Positions 32,874 to 45,274 of a stretch of DNA of 64,000 nt are shown piece after piece; the first letter of the stretch is position 1; each line of letters opens with the position of its first letter. The stretch lies in contig CDRNVI010000017.1 of the NCBI GenBank assembly GCA_977017575.1, positions 1 through 64,000 of the forward strand. The letters are read 5' to 3'. The DNA is from Paramoeba atlantica (lineage: Eukaryota; Protista; Discosea). A program made the position numbers and the translations under genes. The notes below the pieces were generated by a model. It was given only the letters and a program-made list of their open reading frames with translations, had not been told where the DNA came from and did not search any database.

Positions 32874-35800
32874 ATGCCCACATCCGTTGAAGAGCAAAAT
32901 CCGACCTTCGAGGAGGAGGCGTCGTCTCACACACTTGGGTCCTGGGATCAATTTGCGGCAAACAAATCTTTAGCGAAGGGACCTAGCACGTACGATGAGC
33001 TAATCTACACCACAGCCCTCCCTAATGATATTCCTCAGGACTGGGAAAAGAGAACGGACGAAATCCTTCGAAGTATGAAGACGGCAACGCAGGACTCAAC
33101 GCCAGATTTGGGGCATGCGAATGAACTATCAAGTGAAAGAACCGAGGAAGAGATACACTGCAGTGTGCGTCGGGACGATGAACCTTCCCCTTTCCATTTC
33201 GAGGGAACGCACTCAAATTCACCCAGCCAATTACAAACTTCAAACAGGGCTGTGAAGGAGAGATGCCTGCGTCGAACAAGGGGAATGGAAGGTGCCGTTG
33301 ACACAGAGAACGCGATGATGTTTCCAGACCTCACGCCTACTGAACTTGACTTCACAATCACAACAAAACGCAAAGGTAGGAGAAAGAAGAAACGAATAAA
33401 ACGAACGGCAACGACGTGTACTGACGGTACCAACTCTTCAAGCCCCGAGGGTGACGAGCACGAAGACAGCGTGACACCTGAGCCCACTCAAAACGGTAAA
33501 CAAAAGCGCCGCCGAGACATAGCGAAAAGCTTCTCGAATTATTTTCCTACGACAGGTCACCGGACAGACAAAACACCAAGCGGCAAATCCCAACTTCCTC
33601 CGTCTGTAGCCGCATTCCGCAGCACGCCTCAGGACTCTTTGAAAACTTGCCCAGTTAAAGGGTGCGTGTGGAAAACACTCGCTCATGGCGGCAGGTGGCA
33701 AGCTTACTACAACCACGTAGCTACAAGACACGCGAATGAAGTGCCCGAATCCTGGTGGACGAACGAAGGGCGCTTTCTCTGCCAGAAATGCGGGCGACAT
33801 TACGAAGAAGGCAAACGAGCAACACACGACAACGCTTGCAAAGGAACCTCGACTGACTCTGTAGCCAATCCCGCGAATAACTTGACGCAGAGTTCATTGG
33901 ACCACGGTTCGCGCAGCACCGATGTCTCACAGAGTGTCCAACCTCTTCCTTTACCATCGCTTTCTGATATTTGCATGACTCCTATCAACACTTCTAGGGA
34001 TGTTCCATTCCGATGCCGCTACCAATGGGCGAAAACGCTCACCGATGTATTATCCTCCGTAGCCAGCGAGAACTCCGTAGCGGCATGGACCCGTCTCGGC
34101 ATGCTGCCTAAATGCGTTCTACCGGCCCCGAACCGCGGGGGGCGCAAAGGTCGTCTTTCTTATGCCTCACATGTGACAAAAAGCCTAGAAAGGTGGGGAA
34201 AAGGGGAATTTACCGCTCTGTGGATTGAAGCGACCAAAAACAACACGAAGTCGTCGCACCCATCAACCAAAGACCAAGATCAAGACCAGGAGCTTGCGCA
34301 AGAAGTAAGAAGGGCAAAAGAACGATGCGAAAAACTTGTACGCCAGGGTGAAGTCTCTCGTGGAATGAGTGCACTAACGGCGGCACCCTTTGCACCTGAC
34401 AACGACGAAACGTACTGCAAGTTGATGGCAAAGCATCCCACTCGTGCGCAGGACTGCATGCTTCAAGATCTCCCGTACCCTAACGCACCTCCCTTGAAAG
34501 TAAACGAAGAAGAAGTTAAGCACGCTTTGGGCAGCTTTCGCAAGGGATCATCTGGCGGAACGATGTCGCTGAGAGCTGAGCACCTTCAGATAGCACTACG
34601 TGCCCACGTGGACGAGAAAGTACACCCTCTCACCGCTCTTACAGACGTAGTCAATGTGCTTCTTTCTGGAAAAGCTCCATTCGAGATTCAGGAACGTTTC
34701 GCTGGGGCCAGATTGTGTGCACTTCAGAAAGGAGAATGTGACGTCCGACCTATAGCCGCAGGCGAGACAATCCGTCGTTTGGTTGGTAAAGTGGCATGTC
34801 TAACAGCCAAGAAAAAAGCTAGTCGCTTGTTTAAAGGAATACAGTATGGGGTTGCCACGCCAGCCGGATCGGAGAGGGTGATCCACCTCTGCCGACAGAC
34901 TATGTCCCGCCATGCCGATGACACGAACTTTGTGCTATGTAAGGTGGACCTAGCGAACGCGTTCAATAGAGTATCCAGATCTGCGTTCATCGCCTTACTT
35001 CGCAAACATTTTCCAGAATTGTCAGCATGGGTGGAGTGGACCTACTCCACGGATAGTCTCCTAACTTACGGTTCCAGAACTCTTCCATCATCCGAGGGGG
35101 TTCAACAAGGGGACCCCCTAGGGCCTCTCCTTTTTTCCCTCGTAATGCTCGAAGCCGCGAAAATGATCAAAGAAGCACTCCCAGGCAGTCTCCAGCTTCA
35201 CCTCTGGTACCTCGACGACGGGGTAATAGCCGGTAAGGCCGAAGACGTCAGTTTCGCTTTAGAGACTCTTTCTCGAGTTGGTCCTAAGTGGGGTCTTCAC
35301 ATCAATACCTCTAAATGCGAAATAATAACGAACCCTGCCTCGGCACACCAAACTGCTCTTTTTTCCGATATTCCGGAACCCAAGATAAACCGCGAAGGAA
35401 ATTTTGACATTCTTGGGAGCCCCATAGGCTCTGCTCAACATTGCATAGATTTCCTTACGACACACGCCGTGGAACCGGCAGAAGAGACCCTGGAAGCTAT
35501 AGAAATGCTCGAAGATCCTCAAATTGCCTTGTCATTGATCAGACAGTGTGCGGGTTTTTGTCAAATGGTCCATTCGCTTCGAACTACCCCACCACATGAG
35601 CTTTCTGCACTCTGTCAGCGCCTTGATGAAGCAGTCCTCCATGCGTATGAATGGAATATATGCCCGCTTAGCTCCTCAGCTCGATCACAAGTTCAACGCC
35701 CGAAACGGTATGGAGGTTTTGGTCTCCGATCTGCATCTGCGCACCGCTCAGCGGCGTACGTGTCTTCAGTTGCTTTTGCTGCAGAGACGGATCGTTGGCT

Positions 35801-36815
35801 ACCGTCAGATGCAGAAGGATTCTCTTCCGCAGTCCTGGACATCAATCGCCGGAGCGGAGGCCCCGTAGTTGATCCGGACACGGGAAGAGCATTAGAGGAG
35901 ATCAGCTCCCCTTTTCCGACAGGATCTAGTCAAAGTACAGAAACGGACAATTCTTGCACCCCCCGTCAACGTGCCTTGAGCGACGCAATCTCGGCGCACG
36001 AATTTTCATGTGCGTACGCAGCGGCGGACAGTAGCACTCGCGCGAGGTACACCTCTCAGACTGGAGATGGGGCCAGCAGCTGGGCATTTTGCATCCCATC
36101 AACAGAGCTTGGCCACGCTTACACACCCACAGAATTCCGCGCCCTCTCCAGGTGGTGGTTAGGTGCCAAGGTCTACAACGAGTTGAGCACGTGCCCAATT
36201 AACACATGCCAACAACCTCTCGACCTCGAAGGAAACCATGCAGTGTCTTGCAAAAGTGGGAATGGACTGATCTCCCGCCACAATGCGCTCATTACACAAT
36301 TCACCGACACGTGCTCCAAGGCGAATTTATCACCTTCACGTGAGGTAAGCCTGGGGAACCTAGGGCCTGGCGGCTGTCCCACGAGGCCGGGCGATGTCTT
36401 TATTCCGGGCTATGAGAAAGCTCAAGGTCTGGTGCTTGATTTTGCTGTCACCCACGTTCAGCAACCTAAATACACGGACTTAGTCCGCAACGCTAACGGG
36501 GTGGCGGCAGGATCATTTGCGGAGCACTACGCCGCTTCTCACAAGGTGAAAGAGAGAGAGGAGGCGGAACAAGCAAAACATGTGTTTGTTGCCATGGTGG
36601 TAGAATCATATGGTGCTTGGAGTGCAAGTGCCCTATCAATCCTTAGATGGGTTGGGAAGCATCGCGCCTCATGTTCCCAGGGGACTCTATCTCAAGAAGC
36701 AGCTACCCGTCAGCTGCTTCAAGAGCTTAACCTCACCCTGATGCGTTCTCAATCGAGAATGCTTGTCTCACGCATGCCGGCTGAAGATCCACAACCGGCA
36801 CTTATTTTGCAGTAG
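32874..36815 (+). CDS. D polyprotein (1313 aa): GSWDQF domain, 2x C2H2, RT, CCHC, RLE
   Basis: HTLGSWDQF; CPVKGC, CQKC; KVDLANAFN, GVQQGDPLGP, WYLDD; RPGDVFIP..LDFAVTH. Confidence 0.95.
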   Translation: MPTSVEEQNPTFEEEASSHTLGSWDQFAANKSLAKGPSTYDELIYTTALPNDIPQDWEKRTDEILRSMKTATQDSTPDLGHANELSSERTEEEIHCSVRRDDEPSPFHFEGTHSNSPSQLQTSNRAVKERCLRRTRGMEGAVDTENAMMFPDLTPTELDFTITTKRKGRRKKKRIKRTATTCTDGTNSSSPEGDEHEDSVTPEPTQNGKQKRRRDIAKSFSNYFPTTGHRTDKTPSGKSQLPPSVAAFRSTPQDSLKTCPVKGCVWKTLAHGGRWQAYYNHVATRHANEVPESWWTNEGRFLCQKCGRHYEEGKRATHDNACKGTSTDSVANPANNLTQSSLDHGSRSTDVSQSVQPLPLPSLSDICMTPINTSRDVPFRCRYQWAKTLTDVLSSVASENSVAAWTRLGMLPKCVLPAPNRGGRKGRLSYASHVTKSLERWGKGEFTALWIEATKNNTKSSHPSTKDQDQDQELAQEVRRAKERCEKLVRQGEVSRGMSALTAAPFAPDNDETYCKLMAKHPTRAQDCMLQDLPYPNAPPLKVNEEEVKHALGSFRKGSSGGTMSLRAEHLQIALRAHVDEKVHPLTALTDVVNVLLSGKAPFEIQERFAGARLCALQKGECDVRPIAAGETIRRLVGKVACLTAKKKASRLFKGIQYGVATPAGSERVIHLCRQTMSRHADDTNFVLCKVDLANAFNRVSRSAFIALLRKHFPELSAWVEWTYSTDSLLTYGSRTLPSSEGVQQGDPLGPLLFSLVMLEAAKMIKEALPGSLQLHLWYLDDGVIAGKAEDVSFALETLSRVGPKWGLHINTSKCEIITNPASAHQTALFSDIPEPKINREGNFDILGSPIGSAQHCIDFLTTHAVEPAEETLEAIEMLEDPQIALSLIRQCAGFCQMVHSLRTTPPHELSALCQRLDEAVLHAYEWNICPLSSSARSQVQRPKRYGGFGLRSASAHRSAAYVSSVAFAAETDRWLPSDAEGFSSAVLDINRRSGGPVVDPDTGRALEEISSPFPTGSSQSTETDNSCTPRQRALSDAISAHEFSCAYAAADSSTRARYTSQTGDGASSWAFCIPSTELGHAYTPTEFRALSRWWLGAKVYNELSTCPINTCQQPLDLEGNHAVSCKSGNGLISRHNALITQFTDTCSKANLSPSREVSLGNLGPGGCPTRPGDVFIPGYEKAQGLVLDFAVTHVQQPKYTDLVRNANGVAAGSFAEHYAASHKVKEREEAEQAKHVFVAMVVESYGAWSASALSILRWVGKHRASCSQGTLSQEAATRQLLQELNLTLMRSQSRMLVSRMPAEDPQPALILQ

Positions 36816-36857
36816 CCTAAACCAAGGCTCGCGGATCCCGGAATGTTCGAAGGCTGA

Positions 36858-37092
36858 GGGTGCTGGTCTCGTCGACAGAGTCTATACTCACGCCTAGTCC
36901 GTCAGGGCTAGGTACCCCAAGTGAGGTAGTACACGGGTAGTGAATCTCCTCCCCGTCGGCCAGCATCCTGTTTCGCGACCGTGTCGCTGTCGACACAGGC
37001 CCGCGCCTGCGCCCTCCCGTATAACAAGGGAAAGGTCCACAAGTCAGGCCGTGGAGAGGTCGAAAGACCCGGTCCGGAACGCGCGAATGGTT
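36858..37092 (+). ncRNA. Structured 3'-UTR module, D copy (second D copy at 44760-44993)
   Basis: Central ~120 nt essentially identical to the B module. Confidence 0.7.
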
Positions 37093-37291
37093 GAGGAGCC
37101 GCCTGCAGGCCGGGTGAGGCGAAGCTGAGGGAGACCTTACCCCCCCTGAAAAGTTGAAAAGTTGGGTAGGGGAAAGCAGGAAAGTAGGGAGAAAGGTGGG
37201 AAAAGTATGTCAAGAGGTGAGAAAGAGGAGAAAGAGAGAGAAAAATTTTCTTTATTTGCATAAAAACAAAAAAAAAAAAAAAAAAAAAAAA

Positions 37292-37497
37292 GACTTTTCA
37301 CTGCATTTCTCTTCAGGGAGGCGGCTTCGTGGGGGGAAATTGTTTGCTAGTTTGGGGTGGGCTGATTGCTTGTGGAAGGAGGAAAAACTAAGAAATTTAC
37401 ATACATTCATATCCCCCCCAATGGACCTACTTAGTTCGCATAATGGGTAATATAGAGGCAATGCCGCGTTTCATACATCTCCCCCCTTATTAATTGC

Positions 37498-37524
<27 letters not shown>
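37292..37524 (+). mobile_element. Poly(A)-tailed tag with distal-UTR motifs of the A-E group
   Basis: Contains CTAGTTTTGGG and CCCCCAATGGACCT (also at ~17995); ends ..CCCCTTATTAATTGC-A27, like the C 3' end. Confidence 0.7.
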
Positions 37525-37525
<1 letters not shown>

Positions 37526-37528
<3 letters not shown>

Positions 37529-37736
37529 ACGATAAAGATACAGTTTCTGTACCTTGTTGAATTAATTTTTCTTTCCCTATTTCTTTTATCCGGACAATGA
37601 GGGAGGCTGATTCATGCGGCTCGACGACGATACGAGAAGATGACCTTTTTGCCCAAGAGGAGAAAACACACACGCCAGGCTCCTGGGACCAGTTTGAGGG
37701 TAATCAGCATCTTATCTCTGCAACTAGTACATACGA
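37526..37736 (+). mobile_element. SL-like motif (37526-37559) + B 5' fragment, fused to F
   Basis: Matches 23664-23873; junction ACATA-CGA-AGGCAGG has 3-nt microhomology. Confidence 0.88.
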
Positions 37737-40267
37737 AGGCAGGACTTCCGTGTGTTATCGAACCGCGAATTCACTCCTCATTTTATTGTACAAAGTGTAA
37801 ATGCTCTATTTCTGCGGAGGTTTCTGACCAACATCCATGTAAGGCGCGCAGGATTCGATCTGGCCCCGACCTCGCTATCATGTGGCCCCATATGGGAGAA
37901 GTCCTCTATGATTTCACAGTGGTTCACACTTGCTGCAACAGTTACAAGAAACAAACAAGCAACTACCTACTGCAGCAAGCCCAGGAAAGGAAGTTCAAGA
38001 AATATGTGACAGAGAAAGGTGTGGACAGTGAGGCATTTCGTTGCATCGCCGCCTCAGATTGTGGTGTGTTGCACAACGACACAAAACAACTATTAAAGGC
38101 GTTGGCTCAGCGCGCGAATCGAAAATATGAAAACGTGCGTGAGGCTTTTCAGCTGGAACTTGAAAAGCTATCGGCTTACACGGTAGTGTCTCAACTCCGA
38201 GATTACATCACCGATGAAAAGTGGATTGGGAGTTTACGACTCTAAAAGAGTTCACTACCACACGTATATCTCCGTACAAATAAGTATTGATTAGTTGCCT
38301 TCGAATATATTAGGTCCTTTCGAATGTATTAGATACTGCTACTTCTGCATTGATTCTTCATCACGTTTGACAACAATTGGCGCGTATACAATAATTGATC
38401 CGGGAACTGTTCTTTTTTACTTTGAGGCTTTGCTGGTTTCGAGGGGACAAGTGTCATCCATGCTGTTTTATGCTGTTTTATGTGGTCCAACATATATTCG
38501 ATTATTGAAAATTGTTGATCTTACCATGTGAATGGAACGATGCGTATTGCATCGGTACACGAACATTGCCCCGTAGTTTGTTCAAATTAGTTTCTACGGA
38601 TAGTTGCCGGGGATTTCCAGACGGCGAGTAAGTTCAAAAAAAAAAAAAAAAAAAAGCGATGACCGTAAATTTCTGGTAGAGTGAAGTTCGAGTTGTGTCA
38701 TCGCAACTTTCCTTTTGCGAGTGGAAAAAGGTTATAAGTCACTAGAGTAAAATAATGTATAGTATAGTATGCTAAAAGTATAATTACATGGTTCCCCCCG
38801 GAGGGGGCAAAATCAGGTACATATATGTATATGTGCCCCGTAGGGCCACGGTCAAAGAATAAATATTTTCTTCAAGCAATTCTTTCCGTAAACTCTAAGG
38901 ATAACCGATCACCTAGGCGACCCTTGGAAACACGAAGGCAACACCAACAGACTATTAAGGACAGCACCCTCGGCGAACAAACGCCGACACGCTCTCAGCC
39001 AGCCCACCAGATCCAATCACCTCCAAAGCATTCCTCCGGCACAAAACCCATGACTAGCGAAACTGGTTGTTCCGAAGCACAATCGGACGGTAGGCGCGAA
39101 GACTTTGGCAACAGATATGCCCCACGAAACGGAAGCGACAAGCCCCCACCACTTCCGCAGAGCGCTCCCAAACACCGCATCTGTCCTGCTGAAGGATGCG
39201 CCTGGCGCACGATTGCACATGGAGGGTCTTGGCAAGCATTTTATAACCACGTAGCGTACCACCACAGTACCGGCGTCCCGGCTGCATGGTGGGCAGCGGA
39301 AGGCAAGTTCCTTTGTGAAACGTGCGGCAAACACTACACGCTCAACCGTAAAACTACGCACCCGAAGACCTGCATCGGTCAATCAAGTCAAGCAGCACAA
39401 ATGTCAGTAGATATTTTTTCGCAGCACTCCATCGTAACAGAAACCGCCGAATTACCTACTTTGGCAAGTGTCTGCACACTCGCGAAGAGCACATGTAAAG
39501 ACGTGCCCCACCGATGCCGTCAGCTGTGGGCGGAGATCTTAACCTCGGCAATTTTCTTCAACCTCGGCAATTTTCTTCATTTCAGTGCTCCGGATGCCAG
39601 AATAGTGTAACCGAGGAAAATCTCACAGAACACCAGCGCAGCTGTCGCGGCAGTGTCCGCAGATCTGGGCCCGACCTTATGATCTACTGGGCAGACGGTC
39701 CGATGTATTATGACCTAACTGTAGTTCACGAGTTTTCAGCAGCTCACATAAACAAAACGCCTCAAAAAATGATGAACGAAGTCATCACGAAGAAACGCGA
39801 CCGTTACGTAACTTCTGGGATGATTGCGAATGATCGTTTCATGTGTATCCCTGTCCTTTCGGGTGGAGCGCTACATAAGCATACAAAACGTCTATTAACA
39901 GCTTTAGCAGATCGTTGCCTTATTTAGAATTCAGGAGCGATGTCTGACCCAGATGGAGCGATAACTCTAGAGCGCCCAAAACTCCCTTTCAGCTCGGGCT
40001 GTCGATCCACCAGGTTCAATTTCTCCTTACGCTTTTTAAGACTGAGAGGATAAAAATGGAGGCTCTCCAAGAAGACGTGCAGAGCGGCAGTATTAGGGAA
40101 GTTGGAAAGAAGTGTGAAGGTGAGTAGTCAAAGGCTGCGAGTTGCAGCAAACAGATCGTGCGTCCTTCTAATGTTGAAGGCTTGAAAGTAGTAGTGCTTG
40201 ATATGCTTTTTTTTGTTTACTAAAAGTTTACGAAAAGAATTGTACAATGGAAATTTTGATTTCTGAG

Positions 40268-40304
<37 letters not shown>

Positions 40305-43300
40305 TTAACGATAAAGATACAGTTTCTGTACCTTGTTGAATTATTTTTCTTTCCCTATTTCTTTTATCCGGACAATGAGGGAGGCTGATTCATGCGGCTC
40401 GACGACGATACGAGAAGATGACCTTTTTGCCCAAGAGGAGAAAACACACACGCCAGGCTCCTGGGACCAGTTTGAGGGTAATCAGCATCTTATCGCTGCA
40501 ACTAGTACATACGATGAATCCCTCTACACGACGCCCATACCAGAAAATATTACACCAGCCTGGCAAGACAAAATGGAAACGGCACTACAATCTTTGCACC
40601 GAGAGAAGCAGACACCTGACACGGGGATGATTTTATCGGCAGACGAAGAGAGAAATCATTCCAGCGTATCAAGAGACTGTGCCCCCAATACGTCTGGCAA
40701 AGGTCAAGAAGTAACAAGCCAAACCCCAGAGCGGTACGAACCACATTCCATGGCCACAGCGAGGCTTCTCCCACGAAAAAGCCCTCTTTCTAGCCAAAAG
40801 TCGACGCCCAAAATTTTCGAGAGAGGGGTTAGTAAAGATTCCAAGACTCGCCAACCAGCTAGACGAGACACAATGAGACGTCGCACCTGTCCAGTCGAAG
40901 TGTGCAACTGGAGCACCGCATCACACGGAGGGAAGTGGCAGGCCTACTACCATCACGTCGCAAGCCAACATAGCGATACTGTGCCTTCGGAATGGTGGGA
41001 AAAAGAAGGACGTTTCTTATGCCCCTCATGCGGCAAGCACTATGATCACAATAAAAAAGCTTCCCATGAGGAAAAATGTCAAGACTCCTTGGGCTCTTAC
41101 ACCTCGTCGCTAACCTGTGAGCCAGAAACCGAAGAGGCTTCCATTTCCCAAATTTACAAGGATTCGCTCCCGTCTCTTGATTGTGTCTGCTCTTACGCCA
41201 TCAACACATGCAAAGATGTACCATTCCGATGCAGACAACAGTGGGCCTCCGTTTTGACTCAAACAATGGCTGCAGTGGTTAGAGAGAACTCGGTTGAGGC
41301 CTGGACACGCTTAGCGATGCTCCCAAAATGTGTCCTGCCCGCGCCCAAAAGAGGGGGACGAAAAGGAAATTCGTCCTATACCACGAAAACGAGCCAACGC
41401 ATGGATCGCTGGGAATCCAGGGAATACGCGGCACTGTGGAACGAATCTGTTGCGCAAATGGTAAAGAAGCGGGAGAGGAGCGATGATGAGGAAGTGGACG
41501 AGTCCGGCAAGGCGGCGAAACGAGCCGAGTTGCTGGCCAGATAAGGGGAGTTTTCCCGTGCGATGGCAGCCCTTACAGCAGCACCGATGGCACCTGAATC
41601 CGAAGAAACTTACGAAAAACTCCAATCGAAGCACCCAGGTAGATTGCCTTTATCATCTTCCGTCACATTCCGACCCATAGAAGGAGAGCCTTTACATCTA
41701 TCCGAAGGCGAAGTTGAAAAGGCACTACGCAGTTTCCGGCGCGGAACATCGGCTGGCACCATGGGCCTCCGCCCTGAGCATCTCCAGAGCGCCTTAGCAG
41801 CACACCCTGATGACAAGGTACAGCCGCTTTTCTATCTCAAGGAAGTCATGAACCTCTTGCTGTCCGGGAAAGGTTGTCTCCAAGTCCAGAAGTTCTTCGG
41901 CGGCGCCAGACTATGTGCCTTAGAAAAAGGAGAAAATGATGTCCGTCCTATTGCTGCCGGCGAAACAATAAGGCGACTTGTGAGCAAAGCGGCCTGCTCC
42001 GCAGTAAAGGAAAAGGCAAGCAAACTACTCTGGCCTCATCAATACGGAGTCGCAACACCTGCAGGGGCCGAACGCCTGATCCACCTGTGTAGGCACGTGA
42101 TGGCCTCTCAGGCGGGAAGTTCTGATTTCACGCTATGTAAAGTGGATCTGCGAAATGCCTTTAACAACATCTCAAGAACTGCCTTTGCTGCACTTACGAG
42201 GGAGCACTTCCCGGAGCTCTCCCCGTGGGTTGAATGGTGTTACACCACCGAGAGTATTCTCACTTACGGTTTCCGTCAGATTTCTTCAAAGGAGGGTGTG
42301 CAACAAGGGGATCCGTTGGGTCCTTTACTTTTTTCCCTCGTCATGCAACTGGTTACTACCGAGATAGATCGACAACTTCCTGGTCTTCTTAAGCTTAATC
42401 TGTGGTATTTGGATGACGGCATTCTCGGGGGGAAGGCTCAAGACGTCAGACGAGCTTTAGACATCATCGAACGAGTCGGCCCACAGTGGGGCATCTTCCT
42501 AAACGCCAACAAGTGCGAGGCGATCACACATCCTGAATCCGCCGAACACCTGGACAGCTTCGGCAACATCCCGACGACTAAAAAGACAAGCGAGGGAAAT
42601 TTTTCAATTTTAGGTAGCCCTGTAGGAACGACTGATTTCTGCACAGAATTTCTCCGTGAACACACCCTGTTGCCTGCTGAAGAATCCCTAGCCGCGATCG
42701 AATACATGGAAGACCCGCAAGTTTCCCTCGCACTCATCCGACAATGTGCTGGTTTCAGCCAAATGGCATATTCTCTTAGAACCACACCCACCAATTCCGT
42801 CCATGAGCTATGCGAAGAACTTGACACAGCAATACTACATACCACGGAACGCTCTATATGTCCTTTAAATGAAGATGCTGCCGCACAAGTACAACGTCCA
42901 AAATCTTACGGTGGATTCGGGCTGCGCTCTTCAGCGATGCATGCCTCATCGGCGTACGTTTCCTCAGTCTCTTTCGCAGCGGATAAGGACAACTGGAACT
43001 CCCTCGACGCAAAAGATTTTGCTGATGCAGTACTGGACGTCAATTCACGAGCGGGCACCAGCGTCCTGGAAGAGAAAACCGGTCTAATTTCCCCTCAGCA
43101 CGCTTCCTCTCTCTCTCACCTCAAAAAAGTACTGGGTCTCCGTGGATCAAAACGACCTCTCCCGGCGAATCTTCCCGTAGCACCACCCGGAGACACGACG
43201 ACCCCTTACTTTGAACAAACGAAACTCGACCACGAGTTTTCATCTTCCAACGACCGAGTCGCACGCCAAAAGGTGCTCAGCCGTGCAATTTCTTCCCGCG

Positions 43301-44667
43301 AGTACACCGATGCATATCAGAAAGCTGATCCTCAAACGAGGGCACGTTGGATATCTCAATCTGGAAAAGGGGCAGGTGACTGGCTGTTTGTCACGCCCTC
43401 CAGGGAAAAGGGGCACGCCTTTACTAAAACGGAGTTCCGCACCCTGTGCACCTGGTGGCTAGGACAAAAAGTATATCCAGAAACACACCCCTGTCCCGTC
43501 TCAGGCTGCACGCTTCCGATGGGACCACAAGGAGACCACGCATTGGTCTGTAAACACGACTACGGGATCTCTGCGAGGCATAATGCCTTGGCCCTCCAGT
43601 TCTTTGACGTTTGTCAAAAGGCCAATTTGTCTCCGAAAAGGGAGCACAGCCTCGGCAACAGAGGTCCAGGGGGGGCACTCACAAGACCAGGGGATGTGTT
43701 CCTTCCGAGCTACACGCTCGGTAAAGGCCTTGTCTTTGATTTTGCGGTGACCCACGTCCAGCAACAGAAATATACGGACCTGGTCCGTTCTGCTGGCATG
43801 GTAGCTGCAGGGGCCTTCGCAGAGAAATATGCAACGAACCACAAGCGTGGACAAAGGCAAGAGGCTATAGAGGCCGGGCATGATTTCACCGCCATGGTAG
43901 TGGAATCGTACGGATCATGGAGTCCGACGTCCCTCCATATGCTGAAGAAGATCGCGGGAAAAAGAGCCGCAGCATGTAAGGGTGATATGTCCGAGCAAGC
44001 GTCAATGTTTTTTCTTCTCCAGGACATGAACGTTACGCTCATGCGGTCTCAGGCACGAATGCTTGTAAGACGCATGGCAGACGTGGATATCCATGCCAGT
44101 CTCGCTTTACTGCACGAGGCACCCTCTGACACCACACCAAATCGTGCCAGCTGCGGACCGGCAGGAGCGATCGAGCCTACAGTGCCTATTCTCACGCCTC
44201 GCCTTCGTGAGTGAGGTACCCCAAGGTGAGATAGGTAGGGATTCGGACTGACAGTCCTATTTCAGCACGAAGACGCCATGGTATCCAGGACGGGTGCTGG
44301 TCGGGTCGACAGAGTCTATGCTCACGCCTAGCCCGCGAGGGCTAGGTACCCCAAGTGAGGTAGTACACGGGTAGTGAATCTCCTCCCCGTCGGCCAGCAT
44401 CCTGTTTCGCGACCGTGTCGCTGTCGACACAGGCCCGCGCCTGCGCCCTCCCGTATAGCAAGGGAAGGGTTCACAAGTCAGGCCGTGGAGAGGTCGAAAG
44501 ACCCGGTCCGGAACGCGCGAATGGATTGGGCCTGGATTGCTTGTTTTTATTTTTACTGTTTCTTGTTTGTCGTATATACTTAGGGGAGATTGAATTGCTA
44601 GTTTTGGGCTTAGAAAAAAGAAAAAGAAAATATACTTCTGTGGAAATAAAAAAAAAAAAAAAAAAAA
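37734..44667 (+). repeat. ~6.9-kb segmental duplicate of 21095-28028 (F tail - spacer - A fragment - G2 - SL - B)
   Basis: Constant offset of 16639 across all ORF-track entries; a few substitutions distinguish the copies. Confidence 0.95.
40301..44667 (+). pseudogene. Full-length B copy 2 (SL-like 40301-40338) with nonsense mutation
   Basis: CAA>TAA at 41542-41544 splits the ORF into 40375-41544 and 41563-44214. Confidence 0.93.
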
Positions 44668-45196
44668 TCTCACGCATGCCGGCTGAAGATCCACAACCGG
44701 CACTTATTTTGCAGTAGCCTAAACCAAGGCTCGCGGATCCCGGCATGTTCGAAGGCTGAGGGTGCTGGTCTCGTCGACAGAGTCTATACTCACGCCTAGT
44801 CCGTCAGGGCTAGGTACCCCAAGTGAGGTAGTACACGGGTAGTGAATCTCCTCCCCGTCGGCCAGCATCCTGTTTCGCGACCGTGTCGCTGTCGACACAG
44901 GCCCGCGCCTGCGCCCTCCCGTATAACAAGGGAAAGGTCCACAAGTCAGGCCGTGGAGAGGTCGAAAGACCCGGTCCGGAACGCGCGAATGGTTGAGGAG
45001 CCGCCTGCAGGCCGGGTGAGGCGAAGCTGAGGGAGACCTTACCCCCCCCTGAAAAGTTGAAAAGTTGGGTAGGTGAAAGCAGGAAAGTAGGGAGAAAGGT
45101 GGGAAAAGTATGTCAAGAGGTGAGAAAGAGGAGAAAGAGAGAGAAAAATTTTCTTTATTTGCATAAAAACAAAAAAAAAAAAAAAAAAAAAAAAAA
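44668..45196 (+). mobile_element. 5'-truncated D (last ~50 nt of ORF + 3' UTR + A26)
   Basis: Matches 36766-37291. Confidence 0.93.
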
Positions 45197-45232
45197 CTTT
45201 AACGATAAAGATACAGTTTCTGTACCTTGTTG
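45195..45232 (+). other. Spliced-leader-like sequence at the 5' end of A copy 2
   Basis: Same 38-nt motif directly after poly(A). Confidence 0.78.
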
Positions 45233-45274
45233 AATTATTTTCTTTTTTCCTTTCCCCTTTTTGGTTCAACTAGT

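Larger units (their letters stand above)
32792..37291 (+). mobile_element. Full-length CRE-like element type D
   Basis: SL motif, intact ORF, 3' module 36858-37092, purine-rich distal UTR, poly(A) 37268-37291. Confidence 0.95.
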
